Assembly: GCA_964035545.1 (NCBI GenBank) | Contig: CAXIUT010000184.1 | Location: forward strand, 1-42,724 | Reading direction: 5' to 3' | Length of the DNA: 42,724 nucleotides | Source of the DNA: Bugula neritina | Lineage: Eukaryota > Animalia > Bryozoa | Part shown: one piece after another, positions 10,428 to 24,400 of the stretch | Position numbering within the stretch: position 1 is the stretch's first letter | How the letters are laid out: each line of letters starts with the position of its first letter | Translations under genes and position numbers: made by a program | The notes under the pieces: generated by a model | The model's input: only the letters and a program-made list of their open reading frames with translations | Told to the model about the DNA's origin: nothing | Database searches by the model: none

Positions 10428-12697
10428 TCACTATGTTTGTTCAGATTAACTTTATGACTGCGAATACCTCATTATTTCATCAGCATTTTCCTCAATAAAT
10501 TAACAAATGTCAGAACTCCTTCTTTGATATAGGTCATATTAATGATGCAAAGTCTACTTCTTATCTCTACTTCCCTCAGATTACTCGTTTTCTTTCCGAA
10601 ATGTCTCAACAATCGTCTCATTTTCAATTTGATACGGCTCCTTTTTCCTTCTTAATTTTATAAAATTATCTATAGTAGTATCATTATCTTAAGGAACATT
10701 AAGATCTGTACCTGTGATCGAGATATCACTGTCTTGAGATTGATAGCGATTTAAATACGAATCTAATGTATTCTTTTTAGGTTAGTATTTGAATAAAAGA
10801 CTATCTCTCTTTTATATTTTCTTTTATTACTTGTCTAATAAAGATATTTTACCTTTCTATCCTTTATTTATATGCTATATTTATAACTTTTGACTCTTTC
10901 CATCAACAAAAGATCCTACATTATGAACCTTCTTCTCAAGATTCCGATACAAAATATCATCCAAACTATTCTCTCCTAACAAATAATGACAATTCACTGA
11001 ACATTTCTGCCCAATTCTATGGGCTCTATCTTCAGCTTGCACCATAATACCTGGAGTCCAATGCAACTAAGCAAAAAGAACTGTACTGGCAGCAGTTAAG
11101 GTCAATCCTACTCCAGCAGCAGTGATACTCAACAAGGCTACAGTTATTTTTCTGTTTTACTGAAACAAATTGACATTTTTATGTCGATCCTAGGCAGACA
11201 TGCGACCATCTATTCTTATATATTATACTCTTTTATCACTCATTGCTTTTTCAAGTCCATCAAGGACATATTGATGATGCGCAAAGACCAGTATTTTAAT
11301 ATCATTTTCCAACAACTATAGGATATAATCTTTAACAGCATTTAGTTTGGCCTTGCCTGTCAGTATATAGGCCTACATGATCATACTTCTGACCTAGTTG
11401 TTAGAAGAGTCAGCATTTTGAAACATATCCAGCACCATGCTTTCAAAATTGCCTTTACTGCTATGAGCACTCAATATATCTTTGATCTATTTGATAACTC
11501 CTTTCTCAGTCTACACGTATACTTTCTGTCTTTGCTTATCTGGCAACTCAGTCAACACGTCTTTCTTCAACCTTCTTATCATTATCCTGTTATTTATCAA
11601 ATAATGCAACTCCTTAGCATTCTGACAACCGTTATATTCAATCGTCCGACTCCAGTGGTTCAAAGTTGGCTAGCAATATCGATTCCCAAATTATTTGAAA
11701 TTAGTAAAAGTGTCAGGACGCACTATCGACAACAAGTTAAATATCTCTCTTGGCTTAGCCAGTGCTGGCGTACCAGTCAAAAGAATAACTCTTTTACGTG
11801 TACTCAAAAAAGGACAAAGTATATCTGAACGCTTTATATTCTGGCTCTTCAAGTAGTGAGCCTCATCAGCGATCGCTATATTGTAATCTTAAAGTAGGTC
11901 TCTTGTTTTCCAAGCCAGATCATAAGATATTATCAAAGCCTTTATATTTTATCGAATCGCAGTCCCGCCTTTCGAATAGACCTGAATTTAATTTTTTTTA
12001 ATATAATCACTCATCCAAGTCAAAATCTACTGTTGCCAATTCAGTCTTAAAGCCGATGGACAAATAACCAAAAAGGGCCACTAATGCTTATAGATACTAA
12101 CTAAGGCCAGAGACTGTATAGTTTTGCCGACTCCCATCTAATCAGCCAACAAAATTCTCCCATGTCTCTTAATGCCAAACTAGAGCGATTCTTTCTGAAA
12201 CCCATACAACCTCTCATAGAATAGCATAGTCCTGGGCTAGATATCGACTTAGAGTGAGCTGTAGTGGACTACTCTATTGGCAGAATATGCAATATTTTTG
12301 ATTTACAGTTGATTTGACATCTAGCGATGAGCTTCAAAGACAAAATCAGGTATTTTGTAAATATTCGGACCATCATCTGCCTACTAGTAGAATTGACGGA
12401 CAGCCACCAAACAACCCTTATAATCACTAGCGTCGATCTACCATAATTTGTATGTGATATTCCAGTTGGCCTGATACTTCTATATTCAGTTGAGAGGTAC
12501 TTGTTTCAATAGTTCTTTCATGGAATTAGTAAACAGTTCGTAACTCAAACTAATTCCTACTTTTTGATTTCCTATCAACAAAAATGTCACATTGCTTTTC
12601 TTCTTATTCTGGGATGATTTTTTATTGTTATTCTGATAAGAAAATGGTCCTTAGTAGTGGGTTAGGTACTTCTGGTTTGTTTTGATTTGCCGGGCAT
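10428..12697 (-). CDS. SNF2-family annealing helicase, SMARCAL1/ZRANB3-like
   Basis: LYGFQKE, GRILLADEMGVGKTIQ, ICPSAL, ADEAHYLK, LLTGTPALAKPRE, RRLKKDVL, VFAHH, RIDG, SITAAGVGLTLTAA, FAELHWTPG..QAEDRAHRIGQ; introns at 12650-12669 and 12480-12500. Confidence 0.93.
12480..12500 (-). other. 21-nt intron containing an in-frame TGA
   Basis: gtacctctcaactgaatatag on the minus strand; removal eliminates the only in-frame TGA (KQ|KYQANW). Confidence 0.78.
12650..12669 (-). other. 20-nt intron
   Basis: gtacctaacccactactaag on the minus strand; links ATG 12697 to the helicase frame. Confidence 0.75.
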
Positions 12698-12735
12698 TTA
12701 AATTATAGTCAATTAATATATATAATCAAAATCAA

Positions 12736-13448
12736 TCACAGTAACTCTTTTCAGTTCTACACTTGGATGATAAATGAGATCGACAATTAAATTTGGTAAA
12801 CTTCTTCTACATCTACAAATACATATTCAACTTGACTGCCTACTTGTAGTCCTTGTTTATAAAAAACTTAGACCATCGACAGAGTTTGCCTTATGATGGC
12901 ACTTGCTACAGCACATGAAGAAGTCTTCCTTTGCTCTTCTTTCTATTCTTTGTCGCTTGAGGTCTATCTATTGTTGTTGATTCGTTGTTGCTGGGTTAGT
13001 TGTTTTATTTTTAACCAGTTTTTGAATAAAAGTTGTTTGAACTACATCCTAAAACCTACAACTTATCTCTCTTATTATTCTCTTTATTCTTGATTGTTCT
13101 TGTAGCTTGCTGTGTTTTGCAATTTCTTTTATCACAACCTTCCATTTCTTTAGTATTCTGCATAAATATAACCTAACTATCAGCTCTTCTTGGTTCTGTT
13201 CTAGCATCACTATCTATATTTTGTTTTTTTTTAATTTTATTAACAACTTGCTCACTAACTTCTTTAGAAATATCTTCTCTACTTTTTTATTGTTGTTTGC
13301 TTAGATATAGTAGATTGGGATGATGAAAGACTATTCTTATTTATTTTTTATGAGGTAGAGGTTTATGTTTGTTCGGATTGGGATTGATTTTGATTTATTT
13401 TGAAAATAAATTAAATGATGAGATCTATGGAACTTTTCTCTTATTCAT
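12736..13448 (-). CDS. Hypothetical basic protein (boundaries approximate)
   Basis: ATG 13448; long TGA-poor frames with a probable homopolymer indel near 13285; no recognisable domain. Confidence 0.35.
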
Positions 13449-13612
13449 CTATTATTTGGAATAGAAAATAATATTTAGAACAATTACGTTATTAAAATTA
13501 TCTTATCCAATTTATAGATATTTATTAAAATAAGATCTTTCACTACTTATAAAAATAAAGGTATTGCCCATATAATGATTACAAATGATATCATAATTGA
13601 TTAAATCTACAA

Positions 13613-14224
13613 ATGATAAAATAAAAACTAAGAAAGTAAACATAAATAATATAATTGGTCTAAGAATTAGCTGATAATCAAGTTTTTGAAGAAAAACAAT
13701 AATTTTTGAATTTTAGTCATTATCTATAAAAAGAAAGAGAATAAAAACATAATATCCTCTCAAGAAAAACAACCTCATTTGGTCTCAAGAAAAAACAACA
13801 AAACTATCATAATAGCAAAAGATACCAAAATAACAACTTTAATTTAGATGATAGTCTATTCTAAAGTTAATACATTAATTAAAATTCAAATTCTCCAAGT
13901 CTGTAACTCTTCTAGGAATAGTTTTCAACTAAAAATCAAAAAAATAGTCTTCCTTCTCATATATAAATCGATGATACCAGTGAATAGATATTCTATCTCA
14001 ATTCAATAACCCATAAACCTCCAAAACTCCAAGTCATAGACGTAGATTAGTAACAATAACGCCCAGATCTATTAAAAAAGCTTCTATTCTAAAAGCTTGA
14101 GGAGACCAACCACAAAATCCAGCCAAAACTTCAACAAGTAAAGCGACAACATACCAGCCACCGATAGATAAACTACTAAAGAATAAAGTTGTCATAATAG
14201 TAGTCAGTAATAATAATAGATTGA
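13613..14224 (+). CDS. Hypothetical protein, 203 aa
   Basis: ATG 13613 to TGA 14222-14224 open under TAR=Glu; hydrophilic, no recognisable motif. Confidence 0.5.
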
Positions 14225-14228
14225 TCAA

Positions 14229-15152
14229 TCATTTTATTTTTTTTAAACAAATTAACATCAACTTCCAAAACGCCTCAACGTTTACACTTTCACATACTGT
14301 CGCATTTGCTACCTTATTCATAAAATAACAATTAGTCCTGCCTCGAGATTTACCCTCACATTCAATCTAAACATAAGCCTGTCTAGTTGTAAAATGCTAA
14401 GGATGTAACAAATAGTATATAGTGCATGGGTCGTGAACAGGAGGATAGTTGAAATTTTGGTTCTTTTTGTAACTTGTTTGAAAATATCTGAATAAAGGCA
14501 CCATCTTTAAACCTATGTTTGACTTTAATTCGCCTAACTACTAAAATATCTATTCAGTTGCCAAAACACTGTGAGTGACTTCCAGTGGTACCATGGTAAT
14601 AGGTAATCCACAGTTAAAGACAATAGTAGCTGCTTAGGGATCGACTAAGATGTTGAATTCAGCTGCTGGACTCCAATTGCCAATATTAATTGCCCCTCCC
14701 ATCAAAGTTATAGAATTTATTTTTGATTTTATATCAGGAAAAGCCTTCAAAAGAATCGCAAGATTAGTCATCGCACCAGTCACAACAAACTATATCTTCC
14801 CTTCTCGAGCCATAATCTTATCATATATATACAAATATGGCTTATCTTCTATAGGTTTATGTGGTGATACTTTTAACTATGCCCCTTCTAGTCCAGAAAC
14901 ACCATGAATTTAAGGTGCTACTTACAACTGACGACACAGAGGTTGAGATGCTCCTTTAACAACAGGAATATTGGTTGTTCCTATTTAGTAGAGAATATTA
15001 AGGGAATTTTGAGTTGTATTGTCAATAACAGAATTACCAGCCGATGTGGACAATCCAATCAGTTCAACACCAGGAGCCATAACAGCCATAATAATAGCCA
15101 TCATATCGTCATGTCCAGGATCGCAGTCAAGCCAAATATATTTCTTCTCCAT
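14229..15152 (-). CDS. Inosine-uridine-preferring nucleoside hydrolase, 307 aa
   Basis: [32 protein letters not shown]...[30 protein letters not shown]; 924 nt open. Confidence 0.95.
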
Positions 15153-15331
15153 AATTATAAAAACAATATATCAATCAATTCAAAATATCAAATATAAATC
15201 AATTCGAAATATCAAAAATGATGAATTAGAATTGAATGTTTCTTTTTTATTTTATTTAAAATTAATAATTGATGATTTGAATGATCGTGATACTAAAATA
15301 TCAGTTAATAGATAATTTAATTTAAATTTGA

Positions 15332-18088
15332 ATGTAACTCCTGCACCAGCTATCAAAAGATTAACAGTAGGAATTCAACAGGCTAAGAAACGGACAAAAT
15401 GGAATGGACTAACATACCCTTGACCTCTGTCTCAGATACTTTACAGACTACAAAAAAGTATCTGACCATGTAAGACTCAAATCAAATAGATTCTACCTGA
15501 TAAACTACAAATTGCCATGAAATCAGCCCTCTTCGTTTCAGAAAAGTCACAAAACATCTAAAATGTCAAAGTATGTCAAATGATATTCAGGGGGAAAGAA
15601 TCTCACTACCTTCTCTCACACTAAGCCAAATGTTCAAAATGCATCAACCTGATGATGTCTTGGTTACCATCAAAGACTTCTATAAAAAAGTCAATATTGA
15701 AGATAAAGTAGCTGCTGCCTAACTCAAAAACCTTATCAGCTAAATCTCCACTCTCAACACTTATCATAAAAAATTTGAAAAAAGTATTTAAAAACTAGAA
15801 CTAAAAGAACGACATCCTGAAGCAGGAGGAGGAAATTATCTCAAAAACTGGTCTTCCTTTGCCTGGCTCCTCTACCTTCACGTTAAAAACAGAGTCTTCC
15901 ACAAAACTCTAGAACTAATTGAAAACACTTGCATGCTCGCCCATACAATAGCATTTATGCTTACTTGGGCATGGGACTACATCGTTCCCAAAGCTATTCT
16001 AAAGACATAGAAAAGAATAAACTAACAATCCTCACTCAACTAGGTGATAGTTATCTTTAGAGATAGAATTATGGACATGTTTACCATTAAAACCATCGAT
16101 CCCTATGCTTCCATTGCAAGCAAATTCGAACAATTCTTTTAAATAGAACTCAATAAAAAAGGAGTTATCAAAACTACAGGACAAGAAATCAACTTCTTCT
16201 CTCCTGAACTTCTATAAGCCAACTATCGAAGACTAGACAGACTATATTAAAAAATAATGGTCATTAACGACATAGATTAACGAGTATTTCTCAAATAAAG
16301 AATGGCCAACCTTACTCCATCAAAATTCACTCCCTTCGCTCGCCAAGGATATGCCAACAAAGGTCGCAGAGCACATGGAAACTAACCTACAAAATATACC
16401 AGTCACACAACTTTGAACTTCTAGATGATGTAAAAATTTTAAAACAAATTTGAAAACGCAATGAAAGGCAATCCCAACTAAGGAATCAACCCTAAACTAC
16501 CTAAACACGTCGTCATGTCACCAGCATCAACCATGAACGTCCCTCTGATCTGCCAAACACCCATATCAGCTGGCATGTAGATGTACAACTACATAAACGA
16601 AAAAAGCAGAAAATTCAAATAGATGTTTTCTCAAGGACAAATCATTAAAAGACCATTTGAAGCCAATATCGTCAGGCAAATTCATTTATTTTTGGATTTG
16701 TAAAAAAAATGCGATAAAAAAACCAAATAAATCAGATAACATCTCATCTACTCACTCTTCAAATTGGCTCTCTAAGATTTTTTAACTCTTCATCCATCAG
16801 AAACATAGAATTAAGCAGTGCATCACGCCATCATGGCTCTTAGCATAGAGATAGTATTCTTTGTAAACAATTCTATGAGCGTTACCTTCGAAGATATCTA
16901 AAAATAGACCAACATCTCAGCTCTAGATATGTGGAAAGCTTGTGACTTTTATACAAAATTTGACCGACTTATGCCATCGACAATGAAACACCATCTAACT
17001 GATCTAATGGCAGGGTACTTAACATACAAATTATGGAAAGAAAGAAACAACGTGTAGATGGTGGGCAAGTTAGCCCGAGGAGAAAAAGACATCTAAAAAC
17101 AAAATGAGTTCAGCGACAGGATGTTAAAAATGTTACTAGTTCAAACAGCTTATCAAGTCAATCAGATGGGCAACGCTTTAGGATTTGAAGATATAACAAT
17201 ATAGCATATATTTGAGACAATGAAGGTCATCTATACTAATTTTACTTGCATGTTATAGAATAGAAGTTTGGATCAACTCATCATGTGCGCTGTATTCGCA
17301 TGGAATAAGATATAAAAGTTGGATCTCAGTTTCAGATAAATTATTGACACATATAAAGATATCAGCTTATACAATAAAGAAATGCATGATATCGTGGTCC
17401 TCAAAGTGGTAGGAAAAGATAAAGAAATCAACCTCATCTAGTTCTATAACGACATCTTCATCAAAGAACTAAAACACTATATTTTGAGTATCAATAATGG
17501 GTATGTTTATGGTTATGTAGAAATGGAGAACAAAAAAAGAGAATTATCAGCAATCCTGTTTTGATGAGTCCGTTGAAAGAAGTTCTTCCAAGAGAACTAA
17601 ACAAAAAAAATATAAAGAAAGCAGTCAAAGATGGAAATACCAACCTACTCATCTCTTACAATGATAGTCCTCTGCTAAAGCAAGAACCTTTATCGTTTAA
17701 AGGAGTTCATAATCCAAAAACAAGAAAGATGATAGATTTCTAGCATGAATAAAAAGAATTCAAAGAATAGAAGATGAAATAAAAATAAAGACTATCACCT
17801 AAAATCAACACCCAACCCGCATAGTATTCAAAAAAACGTATATAATCTCATAACACAGCTGCACCAGTTAACAACTTCAACAATTATCCTTGGAAGCAAC
17901 AGCAACCAGTTCTTAACATAAATAATCATACTCCAACAAGAGTGAATAAAAACCAAGCAAATCAACCTAATTTTGAATTAAATCAATTTTCAACCAACCC
18001 AACTCCACCCATGAACTCGAAATCAGGAGCACCCAGCAAAGGAGTCACCAGTCTCGTTTATGGAAAGAACGCAAGAGGCAACCAATGA
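15332..18088 (+). CDS. Retinoblastoma-related pocket protein
   Basis: RB N-terminal FAWLLYLHVK; A-box TPISAGM, HHAIMALSIEIVFF, MPSTMKHHL; B-box NRSLDQLIMCAVF, FREIIDTY, LIEFYNDIFI; several S/T-P sites; three 20-nt introns restore one frame. Confidence 0.85.
15470..15489 (+). other. 20-nt intron
   Basis: gtaagactcaaatcaaatag, phase 0, frame-restoring. Confidence 0.78.
15571..15590 (+). other. 20-nt intron
   Basis: gtatgtcaaatgatattcag, phase 0, frame-restoring. Confidence 0.8.
17501..17520 (+). other. 20-nt intron
   Basis: gtatgtttatggttatgtag, phase 2; joins the B-box to the C-terminal frame (NPVLMSP). Confidence 0.8.
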
Positions 18089-18156
18089 TATCTGTCCCTC
18101 AATATTATACTATCACTAAAATAGAAATCAAAAGTATATATTAAATTATTATTGAA

Positions 18157-18220
18157 GGGGGTTGGGGTTGGGGTTGGGGTTGGGGTTGGGGTTGGGGTTG
18201 GGGTTGGGGTTGGGGTTGGG
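18157..18220 (+). repeat. Internal (GGGGTT)n telomeric tract, 64 nt
   Basis: G4T2 run 68 nt after the RB-related stop; ends TTGGG. Confidence 0.95.
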
Positions 18221-18462
18221 CTAAAGTTATTTTTTTTTCATAAGATCATTCTTATCTTTAATTCTCGCTTTCATATTATTATTTTTAATTTTAAAGGAAT
18301 ATGGACCAGTAGTCAAAAAGAAATTGAGTATAAGTTGCCATTTTCAGTATAAATCTGAGTTATTTTACACCAAAATTGTTAAATTCCAATCTCTAGCTTT
18401 ATATGATATAATATCATTGCAGGATGACATAAAATTGATTTCTATATTTAAAATTATAGAAA

Positions 18463-21400
18463 ATGAACAATCGATCCTTTCTACACGAATCATTGGACAC
18501 CCTCAGCACTCAAATCTGCAAAGAAGGTCTCTGTCCACGTCCACAACTCTTTATAGCCATCTGGGAAGCCACACGTAAAGTCATCATCACCAACTCGCAA
18601 CATTCTAAACCCACTTTGCTCGCAAACTCCTTCCTTAGCTGGCTCTAACGCTCATCAGGCGAATGCTGGCTCAATTTTTAACCGACCTAGACAACATTGA
18701 AGGAATGCGGCATCAGTGGCAGAGTACATATATGACTATATAGTGCGTAGATGCAAAGAAATGGGAAGGAATAGGAACAATTAAAGACACCAACCTGTAC
18801 AACCATTTAAACAGCAACTAAAAAATATATTTTAAAAGTGATAGAGAACTACTTCTAAGATGTTTCTATCTACTGATAATCAAAATAAAAGAGCTACTAA
18901 AAGAACACAAAAACATGTAGATCTGTTTAGACAATTTGGGAACAATCAGAGTCAAATAAAGAAGTTATTCTTTTGACCCATTTGTTGTAAGCTAGCAATC
19001 AATGAATCCTAACTTCAGATACAAAAGATTACACTTAAAATAAAATCATAGTTAGAGAAGTGAAGATTCTAAAACTATATAGAGACATATTGACCAAATA
19101 AACTAGCAATCATCACCTTGTGAAATAAAGAAACGTCCTTATTTCCATCAACTCATAGTCTCTAACCAGCCTCCAACAACTAAGATATCAAACGATCTTC
19201 TAGGTGCAGGAATTGACCCATTGACTTACAACATAAAATACTCAAAACTAGCTAATAATAGTTCAAATCTATTGAATCAATAATTTATCAAACCTTAACA
19301 CAACTAGAATAGACATCCTTGTGTAATTGACAAGTTTTCAAGAACTAAAGGAACCCAGTTGACTGGTATCAAAGTTGGTAACTCTATTGTTGTTAGAATC
19401 GGGAGTAATTATAGTCCAGCTCTGAAGAATTATTATTTAGATGTGGGAAGTAAGAATATACAATGGGTTGGTTCATAATCTAAGATTAAACTTGATCATA
19501 GCAAACAAAGATGTGTGTTGCCTGCTAACTAGACAGAAGAGTATGCCTTTGTTACTAAAAAATGTACCAAACAACACCTTTAAAGCAGAGTTTAGCTGAG
19601 AAGATAGTTATATAGAAGGTATTGCTAGTACTACTAAAAGTATATTCCTAGTGATTGCGTTGCACCTTTAAACAAAGATTCAGTCGAAAAGATTATCAAA
19701 CAAGTGAAAGAGTTGGTTAAGAAGATAGGCAGGAAGTAAGGATCCCCTTTAATCAATAACTTGATAAATTAGGCCAATAAGGAATATTATTTGGCTTACA
19801 AGAAAGCTGTTTTAGATTATATATTGAAAGACAAAGAAGAGACTGTGAGGACAGGAATCAATGTATCGTTTAAGAGTGTTGCTGAGTGGGGTAGACCAGT
19901 TACAAAAGCATCAACAAAAGCATACCACTTAACCAATCTAAAAGAGTCTAAACGGAGGCTATAGCTAAACCACATTCTTTTTCCCGAGTGTTTAAACAAG
20001 ATATATTTGTAGAATGAGAAAATAAATTTGATAGAATTATTCAAGAAGAGAAAAGATGGAGAATATCGACCATTTAACATCCTTTACTACATAAAACGCA
20101 ATACGAATCAACTGAGTGAAGGCTACAACATGCTATGCTAATCTTGGGCAAAGAGAATTGCTGAGATAATAGAAGAGCATGTCAATATCAAGCAGGAATC
20201 ATACCAAAAGTTGAAACAGTTTTTCAATTCTATCCATATCATCATGTCAAATAAGCTCAAAGAACTGGTTTATAATACTATTGGTAGTATCTTATGTGAG
20301 TTTTCTTGCGAGAAGGGATCGATGAGGCAAACAAGAAATTTACTACTGATTAATATGACTGAAAATGGACAGAGTATAGGATTTATCGATGACGTATAAA
20401 AAGTATTTAAGCACTAGTTGTTGGAAATGATTGATAAAATAGTTGATATCACTAGAAAGGTGCCAAGAGTATAAAACTACTTAAAACTAAGTAATGACAT
20501 GTTTGTTTGGGGAATAGACTAGAACGATAGTTTTATTATTGATACTAAAAATACACTAAGAACTGTTTTTTAAGACAACTATCGCAAAATAAATGAGTTG
20601 AAAAAATAATTAATGAGTTTATAACAGATATTTACACTGATTGATAGGATAGTGGTGTGGTGTAGATAGAAGTTCACAGTCCAGGAGTTGCATGGAATAT
20701 TTTCTCAGATAGCTGAATACTAACAAAAGATATAAGAAGTTAAATGTTACTACATGTCGGATATGGTAGTAATCGATTGTATTTAACTAAAAAGAAAGTT
20801 ATCTAGTCATTTAAAATCACTGAAAAAGATGATATTCGATACAGTAGACGACCGCTTAAAACAGCGTAATGTAAACGTTTCTAACAGGATGAGTAAAAGT
20901 ATTCAGCTGATTTGCAAAAGCATATCAACAACTAGTTAATTTGTGGAGTTATATCGTGACATAGAGATAACCAAGCAGAGTGAGCTACCTTTGGTCTGTA
21001 CATAGATAGACTAGAATGCTAAAGATATCATGTTCATGTTCGGTGTCGATGGATTCAATGCTAATTTGGAGTTAATGAGATCGAGCTACATCAGCAGACA
21101 TTCTTATGTGGAACTGACTCAGCAAATATAAAAGAATTAGAAACGACTTTATGAGTAAAGGTTGGATTTGTAGAAGAAGCTAAGATAGAAAATAAATCGA
21201 TTCCAATCTGACACATTGTCTAGTTTGAAGGAAATCAATGCCAAGATAGACAACTTCGATATGCGCAAACTATACTCTTAGTACTTGTAGATACTGACAG
21301 TGTTTAAGCAGAAAGTGTAGCAGAACAAGCAGACTCAAAAAGAATTGAATAGTCAATAGTAGGACCTGAAGTGGCCAGCAACTGTATTTCCACATGCAAA

Positions 21401-24400
21401 AGAACTGCAGTTGATAGTCTAGCCTAACTACCAGCTGTGGTAGTTGGTTGCTTAGTATGATGCTTGCATGAAGGAGTGGAAGTACATCGAGTTGAGTCAT
21501 TTCGATGTGGAAGGTGCTGAGGGGAAGATGTAGAAGATGGATCAGAGAGTGACTAAAATTATAGTTCAGTTGAAAAACTTTGTAGGATTAAAAATTATCT
21601 ATGATTTGCAAAGTGATATAAAGGAGTTTTTAGGACAACAAGTGTCCATCATTAAAATATTCAGCAATCCTGGACTCAAAGATAGACATTGGAATTTATT
21701 TAACAAACGACTACCACTATCAGGATACGACTTGAAAGAGTTATCATATGGAAGGATAAGGTTACTATATGAGTACTAGAAGAATTTGAAGGTGTTGATG
21801 TCGATATCAAATCAGGCAGCAAAATAGTTCTAAATATAAAATGAAAAACAGTAAATGTTTTAGTATTGGAATCGCCTTCAATTTCATCTCTATCAGGCCA
21901 GTGATTAAAATATGTTGTTTATCGATCAAAGTTTTCTTGATTAACAAATACAACTAATTGACCATCATCTTACCAAAACTGTTATTCTTAAAAATTCACC
22001 CTTTTCCAAAGCATGGGGTTGGGGTTGGGGTTGGGGTTGGGGTTGGGGTTGGGATGGTAAGAAAGTGTTGATCGGATTCAGATCATCACAGTAGAAGTTT
22101 GTTGTAGTTCGAGGGATATTCAAGATGGACTAAATCAATAAATTACTACCAATCGAATCGACTTAGTATGATTCTATTTAGAATATATGGAAAAGTGTGA
22201 TAAAGAAGATACTAGACCAGCCAAAGGTAACATAGTTTTTTAAGAGTCAAAAAATGCCATAAATAATATAATAAATAGGCAAAAAAGCAGACTTCATTAA
22301 AAGTTCATTCAATAGCTACCTCACCTTGAAATGTATGTAATTTACACGTCTATACTTCCTCCCTTAAACAACTATTCTTCATCTAATATCTCTTCTATCT
22401 ACATAAAAAATAAACAAAGCTCTTCAACTGATAGCCTGGACTTGCTTTACTGGCATTCAATCATGCTATCGTGATGGCAATTCCCATTTGGTGTTGAAAA
22501 GTGCATGTGATCACTTGTAAGTTAGATGTGATGCTTTGCATTCTAAGAAAGGGAAGTCTAAGTTTTTCTAGGAGTTAGTTGTTTTGGAGAAAAATGTAAG
22601 ATAAAATATAAAAAATTAGATAGAAGAATAACTAAATAAGAATTTTAGAATATAAGTGTTGATAAATATACGTTGACAGCCCTTTGTGCTGGAATTGAAG
22701 TTTAGTTTTCAAAGATGATAAAAGAAAAATAAACTAAATAATCAATCAAGGCAAAATATTAAAAATAAAGAGGACTATTTGATTGAAAAAATATCATCTT
22801 AGCCATCTCTAAAACTAGAATTTCTTCTCTCTAAAATTATATCTAAATTATCTCAAATAGCAACAGTATAAAACCTTAGTCAACTACCTCTACTTAACTA
22901 TAACGATAATAATCTCAAACTATCTTTCTTTTCTCAAACAATCAACTACCATTATTAGTATATTGGTGACTAGACAACTTTATCTCTTCCTGTTTGTTCT
23001 GATAGATTGATATGGCAGTTGGCTGTTTCTATTGGCCAGCATTGCGCAATGACTTCACCAAGACATGAAGGTGTGAGAGAGGTAGCACTGTTTACAGGTC
23101 AGAATTGGATCTAACTCAATGATCCCAAAACATGTCTTGATACTAACTTGCAATCCTGTTTGATGGAATGGTGACTACCAACTACTGGATCCACTTCAAT
23201 ACTTAGTTTGTTCAGCTGACGAGTCAAATGATAGCCAAATTGACTCAGCTGTATAATATGAAGAAACAAAAAATATAATAAAATAGTTCTACTTTATCTA
23301 TCCGCAATAACTAGTTGATGATAAATGGCTAGACAATGGTATTTTTGAGTTTATCATAAAATAGAGTGAAATAAATGCCTGATGGAGTGCTGACTTGCAT
23401 GAGAACTGTAAGCATTGTAAAACCATCTCTTTAAATGATGCGATAATAGATGTAAAAATATGATAGAATAAGAGGAATTAAGCAATATCTACATCTTTTG
23501 AAAGGTAGTTGTGATAAAGTTGATATTAGTAGTATATTGAATAACATTTAGAATAAAAAGTAATGGTAGTAGATAGTTAGTATTGTTAAGAAATCTATTT
23601 GGAAATAACTAGATAAAGACAACCAGTGTAAATTCATATCTCTTTTTTATGTAAAATTCATAGCATAAATAATAGATATAACCTTCAGATATTGATCACT
23701 ATCTCAATCTTAAAAGAAAATAAATATAAAATGGTTTATAATGGAGTGATATTGTTCTTGTAGTAGGCTAGCAAAGTGGCAAATCAAAAGTAATTGAACA
23801 AGTAATGAGAGATAGTAATCTATTTGGTTCAAACAAAGGAATCAATTTGAGTTTTATCTAATAAGGCATCTCAGAAATGAACTATCTTGACTACATCTGG
23901 AAAGCAAGGTAAAGATCAATCAGCTAGGAATAGTAAGTCAACATCTACATTGACTCAGATATCTCTCAAGAACAACTTAATGCTGTTAAAACCTTCAAAC
24001 ATAACCACATGCTATCATCTTAAAGAACAATGCCAATTAAAATAGTTATCTAGACCCATTCTGTTGCAAATCTTGATCCTAGCAGTTTGATTTAGACCTG
24101 TGTGGTTTTCTTAAAACAAAATAGCAATCAACCAAACAGAATATACAGATCTTGGGTCGGCCAGTTGAATATTACAGAATAAGACAAGTTGGTAGTCTAC
24201 TAGCTAGAACATTCTTTCGTTAGTATGCTGAACTTTGTTATGAAAATGTAGAAAAAACCATTTAATGATAGCAAGTTGATGCTGGCTAAAAGGTTTTTCG
24301 GGTTCTTTTAGATATTTTTGAGCAATCTCAATGGAAAAGAAGCAGATAGAATGTGCTAGCTATAAAAATAAAGTTACATATTTAACTGCTTTGTCTATTG

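Noticed and set aside
18152-18352. ORF-track proteins with GVGVGV (and GLGLGL at 29939)
   Set aside because: These are translations of telomeric repeats from non-ATG starts.
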